A stretch of DNA of 64,000 nucleotides from Patescibacteria group bacterium (GTDB taxonomy: Bacteria; Patescibacteriota; Patescibacteriia; Patescibacteriales; UBA12465): assembly GCA_041664445.1 (NCBI GenBank), contig JBAYKT010000001.1:29890-93889 (forward strand), read 5' to 3'. This document shows, piece by piece, positions 48,260-56,976 of this stretch (positions are counted from its first letter, which is position 1; every line of letters starts with the position of its first letter). Under the pieces are notes generated by a model that saw only the letters and a list, made by a program, of their open reading frames with translations, made no database searches and had not been told where the DNA came from. Made by a program: the position numbers and the translations under genes.

Positions 48260-49285
48260 CTAAGCAATGTTTAAATTAACTTTTACCTGATTAAACAAGA
48301 GCTCCGCCCTATGAGGATCGCTTTCGTGTTTTAAAAACAAAAAAGCGGAGGTTCTAATGGCTGTCCAGTTATAATATAACTCAATTCGCTTTTCCAAATC
48401 AGCATTAATTTTCAAACCAGCCGCCTCCAAATAAGCGGACAAAAATATATCTTTTAATTCAGTCGCGATTTGCTTATCGCCAATTTTAACGATTACTTTA
48501 TATTCCAATTGCTGTAAAAACGTTCCTAGGTCACGAGCAAAATCTCCTAAACAGAAATCGGTAAAATCAATTAAACCAATTCGATCTTCCCCGGTTTTAA
48601 TTAAATTTTCCGTATGGGCATCGCCATGAATCAAACTGAGATTAAGTTCACGCGCCAGAAACTTTTCTTCTTGAGAAATAAAATAATCGTACATCCGCTT
48701 TAAAGATTCATCGAACTTCCCTTCGTAACGCAGCGACATTTCTTTTAAAATATTATCGACTCCGGGTATAACCGTTTTAATCCGAGAATTCATCGGATTA
48801 AAATTGGCGGCTGTTCCGGCTGGCAATTGATGCAATTTAGCAAATAGGCGAGCGGCCAATCGCAACAGCCGCTTAACTTCTTCGTAGTCTTTATTTTTTA
48901 TATAATGGAGCAAATTTTCACCGTGCAGGCCGCGATAAAAAGCACCACGAAAATATTCGGAATAAAAAAGCGGATGCGGAATATCAATATCTCCCTGGTT
49001 TAAATTATGATCCCAGAGATAACGCATGGCATCAAACACATTTTCGCGTGGTTCGTCGCTGTGCGCTGAACAGACTACTAAAATTTTAGTATCTTCTTGA
49101 TTGGCGCCGGAAAGATAAATATCATATCCAACAACAACATGATACGTTGTCACCCAAATTAATTTTTTATAAGGGATGATTTTAATTTTTTCTATTTTAG
49201 AAAAAGCGGGATATAAAGGTAATAGCTTACGGCGGAACATCGCCAAAACATACTCTTCATCAAATAACTGTACAATTTTGTTCAT
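48260..49285 (-). CDS. Aminoglycoside-phosphotransferase-fold kinase (maltokinase-like?)
   Basis: Brenner motif LIHGDAHTENLI and the metal-binding IDFTDF. Start moved to the Met at 49285 (MNKIVQLF...), which removes the overlap with the GH57 gene. Confidence 0.75.
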   Translation of the reverse strand: MNKIVQLFDEEYVLAMFRRKLLPLYPAFSKIEKIKIIPYKKLIWVTTYHVVVGYDIYLSGANQEDTKILVVCSAHSDEPRENVFDAMRYLWDHNLNQGDIDIPHPLFYSEYFRGAFYRGLHGENLLHYIKNKDYEEVKRLLRLAARLFAKLHQLPAGTAANFNPMNSRIKTVIPGVDNILKEMSLRYEGKFDESLKRMYDYFISQEEKFLARELNLSLIHGDAHTENLIKTGEDRIGLIDFTDFCLGDFARDLGTFLQQLEYKVIVKIGDKQIATELKDIFLSAYLEAAGLKINADLEKRIELYYNWTAIRTSAFLFLKHESDPHRAELLFNQVKVNLNIA

Positions 49286-49302
49286 ATAATTTAACGGCTG
49301 AA

Positions 49303-50484
49303 TTAATCGATATTTTTCCAATGATTTTTCCAATGCTCTTCCCAAATAAGCTGCTTGGTTTTTAAATAATATTTTTCGGCTTCTAATTTAACTTTTTTAG
49401 TTTTTTTATCATTAAGCGATCTGACGGCTCTAATCAAATCTTCCAAACCGCGTTCAATGCCGTCCGGATTCCAGGCGTAGGGACCAAAAATTTTGGAAAA
49501 GTCGCGCGCGCTCGCCCACCAAAAAGTACAGCTGGCGATTCCACGCACCAAATGCCAATAATACCAAGCATGATTTTTATCATTTTTATATTTATCATGC
49601 AGAGAAATTGCGAGGGCTGTCAGTTTCCAGAGATTGAGATGAATTTTATTTTTTTTATCCTGCCAAAGTTTAAAGGGTTCATTTTTTTCTAATTCTTTTT
49701 TACTTGACTCCCAAGAACAAGCCACGATTTTTATTTTTTGCGGCTTAATTTTTACCAAAGATTTTAAAAATGAAGAAATAGTTTCGGTTTCTAATTTTTT
49801 ATGACCGGCTAACTTCTCCATTTCTGCGGTTGGGTCTTCATGCCTCAAACCATACAATTCGGCATCGGTCGCGGTAATTATTATTTCATTAATAGCGGTC
49901 TTCACTGCTAACTTAGCCATTAATTTATCGGGCGGATAAGCGCTGGAAGCGTTGCGGCTACGAAAAATAATTTTTAACCCGGAATTAGCATCGACATAAT
50001 TGCCTAAATCATCCGGACGATGACCGCCACCATCATAAGCAATCTCATCTAGAATTAACCATTTATAGCCAAGCTTTTTAACAATCGTGGCAACAAGCGG
50101 AGTGTACGCCATTTCCGGCAAGAAAAATCCTTGAGGCTTAAAAGCTTTGCCAAAATATTTTTTTAAAATCTTTTCGTTAGTCTTTATCTGGCGAATAACT
50201 TCCGCCTCAGGCAGCAGTGGCAAAAATCCATGATAAGCGGCCGAACCGACTAATTCAACTCGTCCGGATTTTACTAAACTCGCTAAACGTTTAATAAAAT
50301 CTAATTTATTTTCATCTTCCAAGCGGACTAAAAGACAACCGGAAATATTCCAAGTCATCCGTAAATTGGGATGCTCCTCCATTAAGCGCAATAAACGATA
50401 ATAGCTTTTGTCGAGCGCCTTGCCGATGCTATATGATTCAATATTGGCCGGCTGATAAAAATGTAGAAAATTTATCCATTTCAT
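49303..50484 (-). CDS. Glycoside hydrolase family 57 protein (alpha-glucan processing)
   Basis: N-terminal WINFLHFYQPAN (GH57 HQP motif) and TATDAELYGLRH (GH57 catalytic-region-like); 393 aa. Confidence 0.78.
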   Translation of the reverse strand: MKWINFLHFYQPANIESYSIGKALDKSYYRLLRLMEEHPNLRMTWNISGCLLVRLEDENKLDFIKRLASLVKSGRVELVGSAAYHGFLPLLPEAEVIRQIKTNEKILKKYFGKAFKPQGFFLPEMAYTPLVATIVKKLGYKWLILDEIAYDGGGHRPDDLGNYVDANSGLKIIFRSRNASSAYPPDKLMAKLAVKTAINEIIITATDAELYGLRHEDPTAEMEKLAGHKKLETETISSFLKSLVKIKPQKIKIVACSWESSKKELEKNEPFKLWQDKKNKIHLNLWKLTALAISLHDKYKNDKNHAWYYWHLVRGIASCTFWWASARDFSKIFGPYAWNPDGIERGLEDLIRAVRSLNDKKTKKVKLEAEKYYLKTKQLIWEEHWKNHWKNID

Positions 50485-50488
50485 AAAA

Positions 50489-51949
50489 TTATTTCCTTAA
50501 TACTTTACGATAAAGTTCCACATATTTCTTGGCCGGGATTTCCCAGCTATTTGATTGCTTCATAGCTCTTTTTACCAAGCTCTTCCAAACAGTTTTGTGT
50601 TTATAATTTTCTAAGGCTCTAATAATTGCCGCATAAAATAAATTAGCGTCTTCAGTTTTAAAAGTAAAACCGGTTCCTTGTTTAAGCGTCGGATTAAAAT
50701 TATCAACTGTGTCATATAAACCACCAATCTCTCTAACTACCGGAATACAGCCATAGCGCATCGCAATCAACTGATTAATGCCGCAAGGCTCATGATTAGA
50801 TGGTAGTAAGAATAAATCGCTGGCCGCATATAACAAAGTTTCCAATTTTTGATCAAAGGGCAACCAAATAATGCGGTCCGGAAATTTCCGCTGCAGCTTT
50901 TTAATCGGTTCGATATATTCTTTATTGCCGTCGCCCATAAAAACTAATTGGACGTCGGTCTTAAGTAGCAATTCAATAATCTTTAAAATTAAATTAAAGC
51001 CTTTTTGAAAAGTTACCCGCGAAGTTGTGCAGAGTATCGGCACTTGCGCTTTTACTGGTAAACCGATTTTCTTCTGTAAGTAAGTTTTGTTGCTTGCCTT
51101 GCGCGCAACAGTCGCGGCTGAATAAACTTCATGAAGAGTTTTGTCCTTTTCCGGATTATAAGTGTTGTAATCAATACCGTTAATAATGCCGAACAATTTT
51201 CCGGAGCGATTCTTTAAAATACGATTTAAATCCTGGCCGAATTTTTTAGTCATGATTTCTTGTCGATATTGTTCACTGACGGTATTAATAATATCGGCCG
51301 ACATAATCGCTCGTTTGGCAAAATTAATATATTCCAATTTCGGGTCTTCTAAATGCGGCAAGCGTCCGCGACCATAGTCTTTGTTTTCCGGTGCGACTTC
51401 CCACCAATTATGGCCAAATTGAAAAATTAAATTATGAATAGTGAAGACGGTTTTAGCCTTCTTTAAAGTTTTGGAATAACGAAAATCAGTTTTTAAATAA
51501 TAAGGAATAAGACCGGTTTGCCAGTCATGGCAATGAATAACATCGGCCGGAAACTTTAAAAGCGATAATAATTTTAAGGAAGCGACATTAAAAACTAAAA
51601 ATCGAGCATTTTCACGAGTAGAACCATAAAGCTTTTTATGTTTAGAAAAAAACTTTTTGCATTCCACAAAATAAACCGGCAAATCTTCCATTAAATAACT
51701 CTGCCAATAATTAACTTTAATGCTTTCCTGACTATTAAGGCGTAGGGTGACATCGCTAAATATTAATTTTAAGCCCTTTTCCTTTTTATCAATCAGGCGC
51801 CCATAAAGAGGAGTAATAATTATTACCTCGTGTCCTAAGCGTTTTAAGGCTTTAGGTAAACTACGCGTCACATCGCCCAAGCCTCCAGTTTTAGAAAAAG
51901 GAGCGACTTCAGAAGCAATATGAACAACTTTTAATTTTTTTTCTCTCAT
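50489..51949 (-). CDS. glgA: Glycogen/starch synthase (GT5)
   Basis: LKVVHIASEVAPFSKTGGLGDV (KTGGL motif) and a C-terminal PSNHEPCGINQL. Start taken at the Met at 51949, which forms an ATGA overlap with the ruvC stop. Confidence 0.92.
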   Translation of the reverse strand: MREKKLKVVHIASEVAPFSKTGGLGDVTRSLPKALKRLGHEVIIITPLYGRLIDKKEKGLKLIFSDVTLRLNSQESIKVNYWQSYLMEDLPVYFVECKKFFSKHKKLYGSTRENARFLVFNVASLKLLSLLKFPADVIHCHDWQTGLIPYYLKTDFRYSKTLKKAKTVFTIHNLIFQFGHNWWEVAPENKDYGRGRLPHLEDPKLEYINFAKRAIMSADIINTVSEQYRQEIMTKKFGQDLNRILKNRSGKLFGIINGIDYNTYNPEKDKTLHEVYSAATVARKASNKTYLQKKIGLPVKAQVPILCTTSRVTFQKGFNLILKIIELLLKTDVQLVFMGDGNKEYIEPIKKLQRKFPDRIIWLPFDQKLETLLYAASDLFLLPSNHEPCGINQLIAMRYGCIPVVREIGGLYDTVDNFNPTLKQGTGFTFKTEDANLFYAAIIRALENYKHKTVWKSLVKRAMKQSNSWEIPAKKYVELYRKVLRK

Positions 51950-52422
51950 AACCTTGAATTTAAAGCACATATCGCCGCCGCCAGCGCATCCGCTGCGTCA
52001 TCGGGATAAGGGAGCTCCTCTAAATTTAAAATTAGCTTAACCATTTTTTGAACTTGTTTTTTATCCGCTTTACCATAAGCGGAAACCGCTTGTTTAATCT
52101 GGGAAGGGGTAAATTCTTTAATCGGCAGTTTATTTTGTTTTAATGTCAAAAGTGCAACTCCGCGAGCTTGACCGACAATTAGGGCAGTACGGACATTCTT
52201 ATTAAAAAATAACTGTTCGACTGAGGCTAATTGGGGACGGTATTTTTTGATGATTTTATGAAGTTCTTGATGCAGGATTTCCAAACGCGTAATTAAATCA
52301 TCTTGAGGCGAAGTTTTAATGCTACCATAAGCCAGACAGAAAAGTTTTCCCTTCTCCTCTTTGACCACCCCGTATCCGGTGTCGGCAATGCCCGGATCAA
52401 TCCCGAGAATGATTTTACTCAT
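51946..52422 (-). CDS. ruvC: Holliday junction resolvase RuvC
   Basis: ILGIDPGIADTGYGVV and C-terminal DAADALAAAIC; 158 aa with a TGA stop. Confidence 0.92.
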   Translation of the reverse strand: MSKIILGIDPGIADTGYGVVKEEKGKLFCLAYGSIKTSPQDDLITRLEILHQELHKIIKKYRPQLASVEQLFFNKNVRTALIVGQARGVALLTLKQNKLPIKEFTPSQIKQAVSAYGKADKKQVQKMVKLILNLEELPYPDDAADALAAAICALNSRL

Positions 52423-52429
52423 TTAGGCC

Positions 52430-53149
52430 TTAGATAAGATTAGTATAATAATCGCTGACGTCTTCATTGTCTTCCAATTCTTCAAAAAATTTTTCCAGCT
52501 TTTCTTGATTATCGGCTGGCATGGCAATTTTTTCCTTAGCAACGTATTCAATGTCAGAGCTTTCGGCTTTTAAACCCTTAGCTTCCAAAAAATCTTTAAT
52601 TTTTTGTAAATCTTTGATTTCGGTATACACGGTTATGCCTTCAGTTTCCTTCTGGAAATCTTGAACATCTTGATCAATTAATTCCAGTTCCAAATCTTCA
52701 TAGCTTAAATGTTTAGCTTTAATTTCTTCGCCGGCAACTCTAATCACTCCCAACTGGGAAAAATTCCAAGCGACGGCTCCAAAGGCGCCGCCATTTTTAG
52801 TAAATAAGTGACGAACAGTGGCGCCGCTACGATTTTTATTGTCAGTTAAACATTTAACAATTACTTGGATTCCGGTCGGCACCATCCCTTCATAAAATAA
52901 TTCTTCCACCTGCTCGCCGCCAAGTTCTCCTGTACCCTTCTTAATGGCTCGCTCAATATTATCTTTGGGCATATTAGAGCCACGCGCCTTATCAATCGCC
53001 GCTCTTAAGGAAGGGTTGGCGTTCGGATCGCCGCCACTTCGGGCCGCGATCGTAATAACATTGGCTAACTTGGTAAAAATAGCACCCCGCTTGGCATCCA
53101 CCAATTCTTTTTGGCGATGAGTTGTCGCCCACTTGGAATGTCCGGACAT
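52430..53149 (-). CDS. YebC/PmpR family DNA-binding transcriptional regulator
   Basis: The highly conserved N-terminus MSGHSKWATTHRQK...DAKRGAIFTKL; 239 aa. Confidence 0.92.
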   Translation of the reverse strand: MSGHSKWATTHRQKELVDAKRGAIFTKLANVITIAARSGGDPNANPSLRAAIDKARGSNMPKDNIERAIKKGTGELGGEQVEELFYEGMVPTGIQVIVKCLTDNKNRSGATVRHLFTKNGGAFGAVAWNFSQLGVIRVAGEEIKAKHLSYEDLELELIDQDVQDFQKETEGITVYTEIKDLQKIKDFLEAKGLKAESSDIEYVAKEKIAMPADNQEKLEKFFEELEDNEDVSDYYTNLI

Positions 53150-53218
53150 ATGGTAATAATTTATAATTTAAAATACTGAAAAATATTCTCTTCCAGCCTA
53201 CCGCCAGCTTAACGCAAA

Positions 53219-53247
53219 TTGAAATAAAAATCAAGATGAATTATAAT
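53219..53247 (+). promoter_or_regulatory. Sigma70-type promoter TTGAAA-N17-TATAAT
   Basis: -35 TTGAAA at 53219..53224, a 17-nt spacer, and -10 TATAAT at 53242..53247. Lies 28 nt upstream of ATG 53275. Confidence 0.6.
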
Positions 53248-53274
53248 AAAAATATAATAAAATAAAGCAAAAAT

Positions 53275-54192
53275 ATGAAAATAACACAATTGCCGAACCT
53301 AGATGAAAGCGTCATGCAGGCGTTGGATTTCTTTAAGGGCAACCCGCCGACTAAGCTTAACCTGAAAACAGGCGTCTGGCGCTTTGTGGTCGGCAGCGGC
53401 AATGCCTATAACACTGGCAAAATTATCTTTAAGGGCCGTCAGGCAATTTTTGCGAGCGAAAGCGATTTTCTAGAGAAACTAAGCGCTTATAAGGACTTAA
53501 TAAAATCCGGTATTATTAAAGAGGCCTTAATTATTTCAGCTTCCGGAGAAAAAGATGCTACCTGGGAAATTGCCGCCGCTAAAAAAGCCGAGCTAAAAAC
53601 CATATTGATGACTTGCAGCCCTCAATCCAGCGGTGCCAAAATCGCTGATTTGGTTATCCCTTATCGTAAAATAGCCGAACCCCAAACTTACAATATTTCC
53701 ACTTATTTGGGAATGATTATGTCATTAAGTGGAGAAAAAGCTCAAGATATTAAGAAAATTATTCAAAAATTACGTTTGCCAAAAAATTACACCGCCTATA
53801 ATGCCTATACTTTTGTCTTGCCCGATGAATTTACGGAAATTACGCCAATGTTAGAGATAAAAAGACACGAGCTCTTTGGCCCACATCTATCTTTACGGGC
53901 TTTTTCTGCCGGTGAGGCGCGTCATGCTAAATTTGTGATGCCCTGGGAAAAAGAGTTAGTTATTAGTTTAGGAGAAAATAAATATTTCGGCCTAAAAGAG
54001 CATCGTTTCCAAGTAAAAATGCCAAAAAATTATGGACCGGGCCTAGTAATGGCCTTAACTTATTACTTAATAGGTCAAATTCAGAAGGCTAAAACACCAT
54101 ATTATAAAAAGAATATTGCTAAATACTGCGTTGAGGGGCCAAAGGCCTATGGTAAAAAAGAACCATTTGAGGTTATTGTGCCGGGTAATTAA
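53275..54192 (+). CDS. Hypothetical protein (possible SIS-like sugar-phosphate-binding fold)
   Basis: 305 aa. VVGSGNAYNTG and LIISASGEKDAT resemble SIS-domain nucleotide/sugar-phosphate loops. The match is weak, so the function is unassigned. Confidence 0.7.
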   Translation: MKITQLPNLDESVMQALDFFKGNPPTKLNLKTGVWRFVVGSGNAYNTGKIIFKGRQAIFASESDFLEKLSAYKDLIKSGIIKEALIISASGEKDATWEIAAAKKAELKTILMTCSPQSSGAKIADLVIPYRKIAEPQTYNISTYLGMIMSLSGEKAQDIKKIIQKLRLPKNYTAYNAYTFVLPDEFTEITPMLEIKRHELFGPHLSLRAFSAGEARHAKFVMPWEKELVISLGENKYFGLKEHRFQVKMPKNYGPGLVMALTYYLIGQIQKAKTPYYKKNIAKYCVEGPKAYGKKEPFEVIVPGN

Positions 54193-54212
54193 AAATTGAC
54201 TTTTGCTAAATT

Positions 54213-54247
54213 AAAAAAGCCTCGCTATATTCGCGGGGCTTTTTTAT
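54213..54247. terminator. Bidirectional intrinsic terminator (53275..54192 gene / gpmA)
   Basis: Stem agcctcgc / gcggggct (54218-54225 / 54233-54240, one G-U pair), flanked by aaaaaa and tttttt. Confidence 0.8.
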
Positions 54248-54261
54248 TGAATAGAATTAAA

Positions 54262-54996
54262 TTATTTTTTTGTTCCTTGCTTTTTAACCTTATCAATTGC
54301 CGCTTCTAGAGTCTTTTTATCGGCTAAATAATAATGTTTTACTGGTTTAAATTTTTCATCAAGCTCATAAACCAAAGGGATACCAGTAGGAATATTAACT
54401 CCTGAAATTTCAGCGGCGGATATTTTATCAAGATATTTAACAATCGCGCGCAGACTATTACCACTAGCGGCAATAATAATTTTTTTACCGGCCTTTATTT
54501 GAGGAACGACTTCATTTTTCCAAAAAGGCATAACTCTTTCAACAACATCTTTTAAACTCTCAGTTTCCGGCACCCTTATTCCTTTGTATTTTGCATCATT
54601 CTTTTGGTTAAAAGGATTATTTTTATCAATCTTAGGTGGCGGCGTACTGTAACTGCGGCGCCAAACTAAAACTTGCTGTTCACCAAATTTAGCCGCCATT
54701 TCTTTTTTATTCAAGCCTTGCAAATTTCCGTAATGTCTTTCATTCAGGCGCCAATCGCTAATAACTTCTGGTTTTTGTTTCATGGTTTTTAAAGCGATGG
54801 CCAAAGTTTTTGAAGCCCTCTTTAAAAGAGAGGTGAAAGCTAAATCGAAGCTAAATCCTTTTTTAAGTAATTCTTGGCCGGCATTTAAAGCCTCTTCTTT
54901 TCCTTTTTTAGTTAAATCAACATCTGTCCAGCCGGTAAATAAACCTTTTTTGTTCCAGGTGCTTTCGCCGTGACGAAGTAAAACAATTTTGTACAT
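54262..54996 (-). CDS. gpmA: 2,3-bisphosphoglycerate-dependent phosphoglycerate mutase
   Basis: LLRHGESTWNKKGLFTGWTDVDL (RHG catalytic motif) and ERHYG; 244 aa. Confidence 0.93.
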   Translation of the reverse strand: MYKIVLLRHGESTWNKKGLFTGWTDVDLTKKGKEEALNAGQELLKKGFSFDLAFTSLLKRASKTLAIALKTMKQKPEVISDWRLNERHYGNLQGLNKKEMAAKFGEQQVLVWRRSYSTPPPKIDKNNPFNQKNDAKYKGIRVPETESLKDVVERVMPFWKNEVVPQIKAGKKIIIAASGNSLRAIVKYLDKISAAEISGVNIPTGIPLVYELDEKFKPVKHYYLADKKTLEAAIDKVKKQGTKK

Positions 54997-55039
54997 AATT
55001 TATAAAACTTATATTTTTATTTTTTCATTATATCATAAA

Positions 55040-55069
55040 TTGACTATAAAAGTTTAAAAATGATAGTAT
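55040..55069 (+). promoter_or_regulatory. Promoter TTGACT-N18-(TGa)TAGTAT upstream of the extended LysM/M23 reading frame
   Basis: -35 TTGACT at 55040..55045 and -10 TAGTAT at 55064..55069, preceded by TG at 55061..55062. The predicted transcription start (~55076) coincides with the point where the M23 frame opens (55079). Confidence 0.5.
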
Positions 55070-55441
55070 AAAGTATAGTCTAATAGCAATTATATAAAAA
55101 ATACTAAGACTAGCCAATTTAAGAAAATAGCCATTGAAGGCGGCCTAATCGGCATTAAATCGTTAAATATCTTAGGAAATTTAGCGATTAGCATTTCCCG
55201 ACTCTTTGCCGGCTTTTTTCGTTTATTTTTTCGGTTATTTTTCTATAAAATACTGGTAAAAATATATTTTCAGGTTTTTCGCTTTAAAAAGAACAATTTA
55301 CAAGAAAAAAACTCCTCACAATTTATCAGAAATAACCAAGTTTTTGTTTTTATTTTAATTTTTGCGATTATTTTTATTATTTCTAACTTAAGCGACAAAA
55401 GTAAAATTAATGCGGCCGAGAATCTTATTCCGCGGACAGTA

Positions 55442-56473
55442 ATGTCTAACTTAGTAACTAATGAATTCAGCGCGACTACCGAAAATGATGAACTAATTGA
55501 AGAATTTTATACGCCCGACACCTTAAAAGCGGCCGGTAAAGAAAAATATCTGGATTCTCTTTCCATGGTTGATAAACAAACGGCTCTAAGTGCCAATTCT
55601 GAAAATGAAGATTATGCACCCTTAATTTTTGTCAGTGAAGAAGGCATGGCCGTCAAACCAATAATGATTGGCTCGAGCACAAACAGCGATGGCGTGGTTC
55701 CGCAACGCGATAAAATTATTTATTACACCGTTCAAAAAGGCGACACCATCAGCACTATCGCCCGTAATTTTGCCATTACAATCAATACCGTTTTATGGGC
55801 CAACAATCTTTCAGCTTATAGCTTAATTAGGCCTGGAGACAGCTTAACTATTTTGCCTTACAGCGGCGTTATTCATACCATTAAGAGCGGAGACACTATT
55901 TCTAAGATTGCTAGACTATACGGTGTAGAGGATGAAAAAATACTCAGCAGCAATAATATTGGCGGGACTTTGAAAATCGGCGAGAAAATCATTGTTCCTG
56001 GTGGTAGCAAATTAACCACGTCAGTGGCGACGACTAGAACCTCCAACACGACTGGCCTTTCAATAATTAAAGACATTATTAAATCCCCATCAGCCACGGC
56101 CGCTGCCGGAGCTAAAATGGTTTGGCCGACAGTTGGCCGACGCATTACGCAATATTTCTCTTGGAAACATAATGGTTTAGATATTGCGAATAAAGTCGGC
56201 ACCGCGATTTATGCGGCCGACGCCGGAACAGTAGAAATCGCTGCCGGCGGTTATAACGGCGGCTATGGCAACACAATATTAATCAATCACGGTGGCGGTA
56301 AAAAAACGCGTTATGGGCACTTATCTAAATTATATGTTAAGGCTGGAGATAAAGTGGAACGCGGTGAAAACATCGGATTGATGGGTTCAACTGGACGCTC
56401 AACCGGATCGCATCTTCATTTTGAAGTAGTTATTAGCGGGGCGAGATATAATCCTTTAAATTATATAAAATAA
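55442..56473 (+). CDS. LysM-domain M23 family peptidoglycan endopeptidase (coordinates from the first ATG; the frame is open upstream to 55079)
   Basis: Two LysM repeats (YYTVQKGDTISTIARNF..., HTIKSGDTISKIARLYG...). M23 motifs HNGLDIA, GYGNTILINHGGG..TRYGHL and GSTGRSTGSHLHFEV. Confidence 0.88.
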   Translation: MSNLVTNEFSATTENDELIEEFYTPDTLKAAGKEKYLDSLSMVDKQTALSANSENEDYAPLIFVSEEGMAVKPIMIGSSTNSDGVVPQRDKIIYYTVQKGDTISTIARNFAITINTVLWANNLSAYSLIRPGDSLTILPYSGVIHTIKSGDTISKIARLYGVEDEKILSSNNIGGTLKIGEKIIVPGGSKLTTSVATTRTSNTTGLSIIKDIIKSPSATAAAGAKMVWPTVGRRITQYFSWKHNGLDIANKVGTAIYAADAGTVEIAAGGYNGGYGNTILINHGGGKKTRYGHLSKLYVKAGDKVERGENIGLMGSTGRSTGSHLHFEVVISGARYNPLNYIK

Positions 56474-56480
56474 AAAAAAT

Positions 56481-56741
56481 ATGGTGGGACAAATCATTTT
56501 GGGCGCAATCATGATTGCAGCCGGGGCCGGAGCCGTTATTAAAACGGAGTGGATAATTAATAATTTTGGACGCATGGCCTGGTTTGAAGAAAAATTAGGT
56601 TCCGACGGCGGTTCGCGGTTGGGCTATAAATTAATCGGCATCGTGGTGCTTACTATTGGAATTATCGTAATGACCGGCAGTGGCGATAGCTTTATGCGCT
56701 GGTTATTGTCGCCAATTATGAAATATAGCATGCCTAAATAA
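56481..56741 (+). CDS. Small two-helix membrane protein
   Basis: 86 aa with helices IILGAIMIAAGAGAVI and LIGIVVLTIGIIVMTG. Lies 7 nt downstream of the M23 gene. Confidence 0.6.
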   Translation: MVGQIILGAIMIAAGAGAVIKTEWIINNFGRMAWFEEKLGSDGGSRLGYKLIGIVVLTIGIIVMTGSGDSFMRWLLSPIMKYSMPK

Positions 56742-56826
56742 GCCTTTAAAAAATCAAAGCCTAATGGCTCTTGACCGCGCGCTAAACAATTGGTAATCTG
56801 AATTACAGTCACGCGTTGTTAAGTAT

Positions 56827-56900
56827 GGGCCCTTAGCTCAGCTGGCTAGAGCACCTGCTTTGCAAGCAGGGGGTCATCGGTTCGAATCCGATAGGGTCCA
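56827..56900 (+). tRNA. tRNA-Ala (anticodon UGC)
   Basis: A cloverleaf can be folded by hand. Acceptor stem is GGGCCCT/AGGGTCC with the G3:U70 Ala identity pair. D-arm is GCTC/GAGC, the anticodon loop is cTTTGCAAg, the T-arm is ATCGG-TTCGAAT-CCGAT, and the discriminator is A. CCA is not encoded. Confidence 0.95.
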
Positions 56901-56912
56901 CAAAATAAAAAT

Positions 56913-56952
56913 CCCCGCAACTTTTTTCTAAGCTGCGGGGGTTTTGTTTTTT
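56913..56952. terminator. Bidirectional intrinsic terminator (tRNA-Ala / 56977..58674 gene)
   Basis: Stem ccccgca / tgcgggg (56913-56919 / 56934-56940), followed by gttttgtttttt on the plus strand and atttttatttt on the minus strand. Confidence 0.75.
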
Positions 56953-56976
56953 GATAATAATTAATACTTGTTTAAA

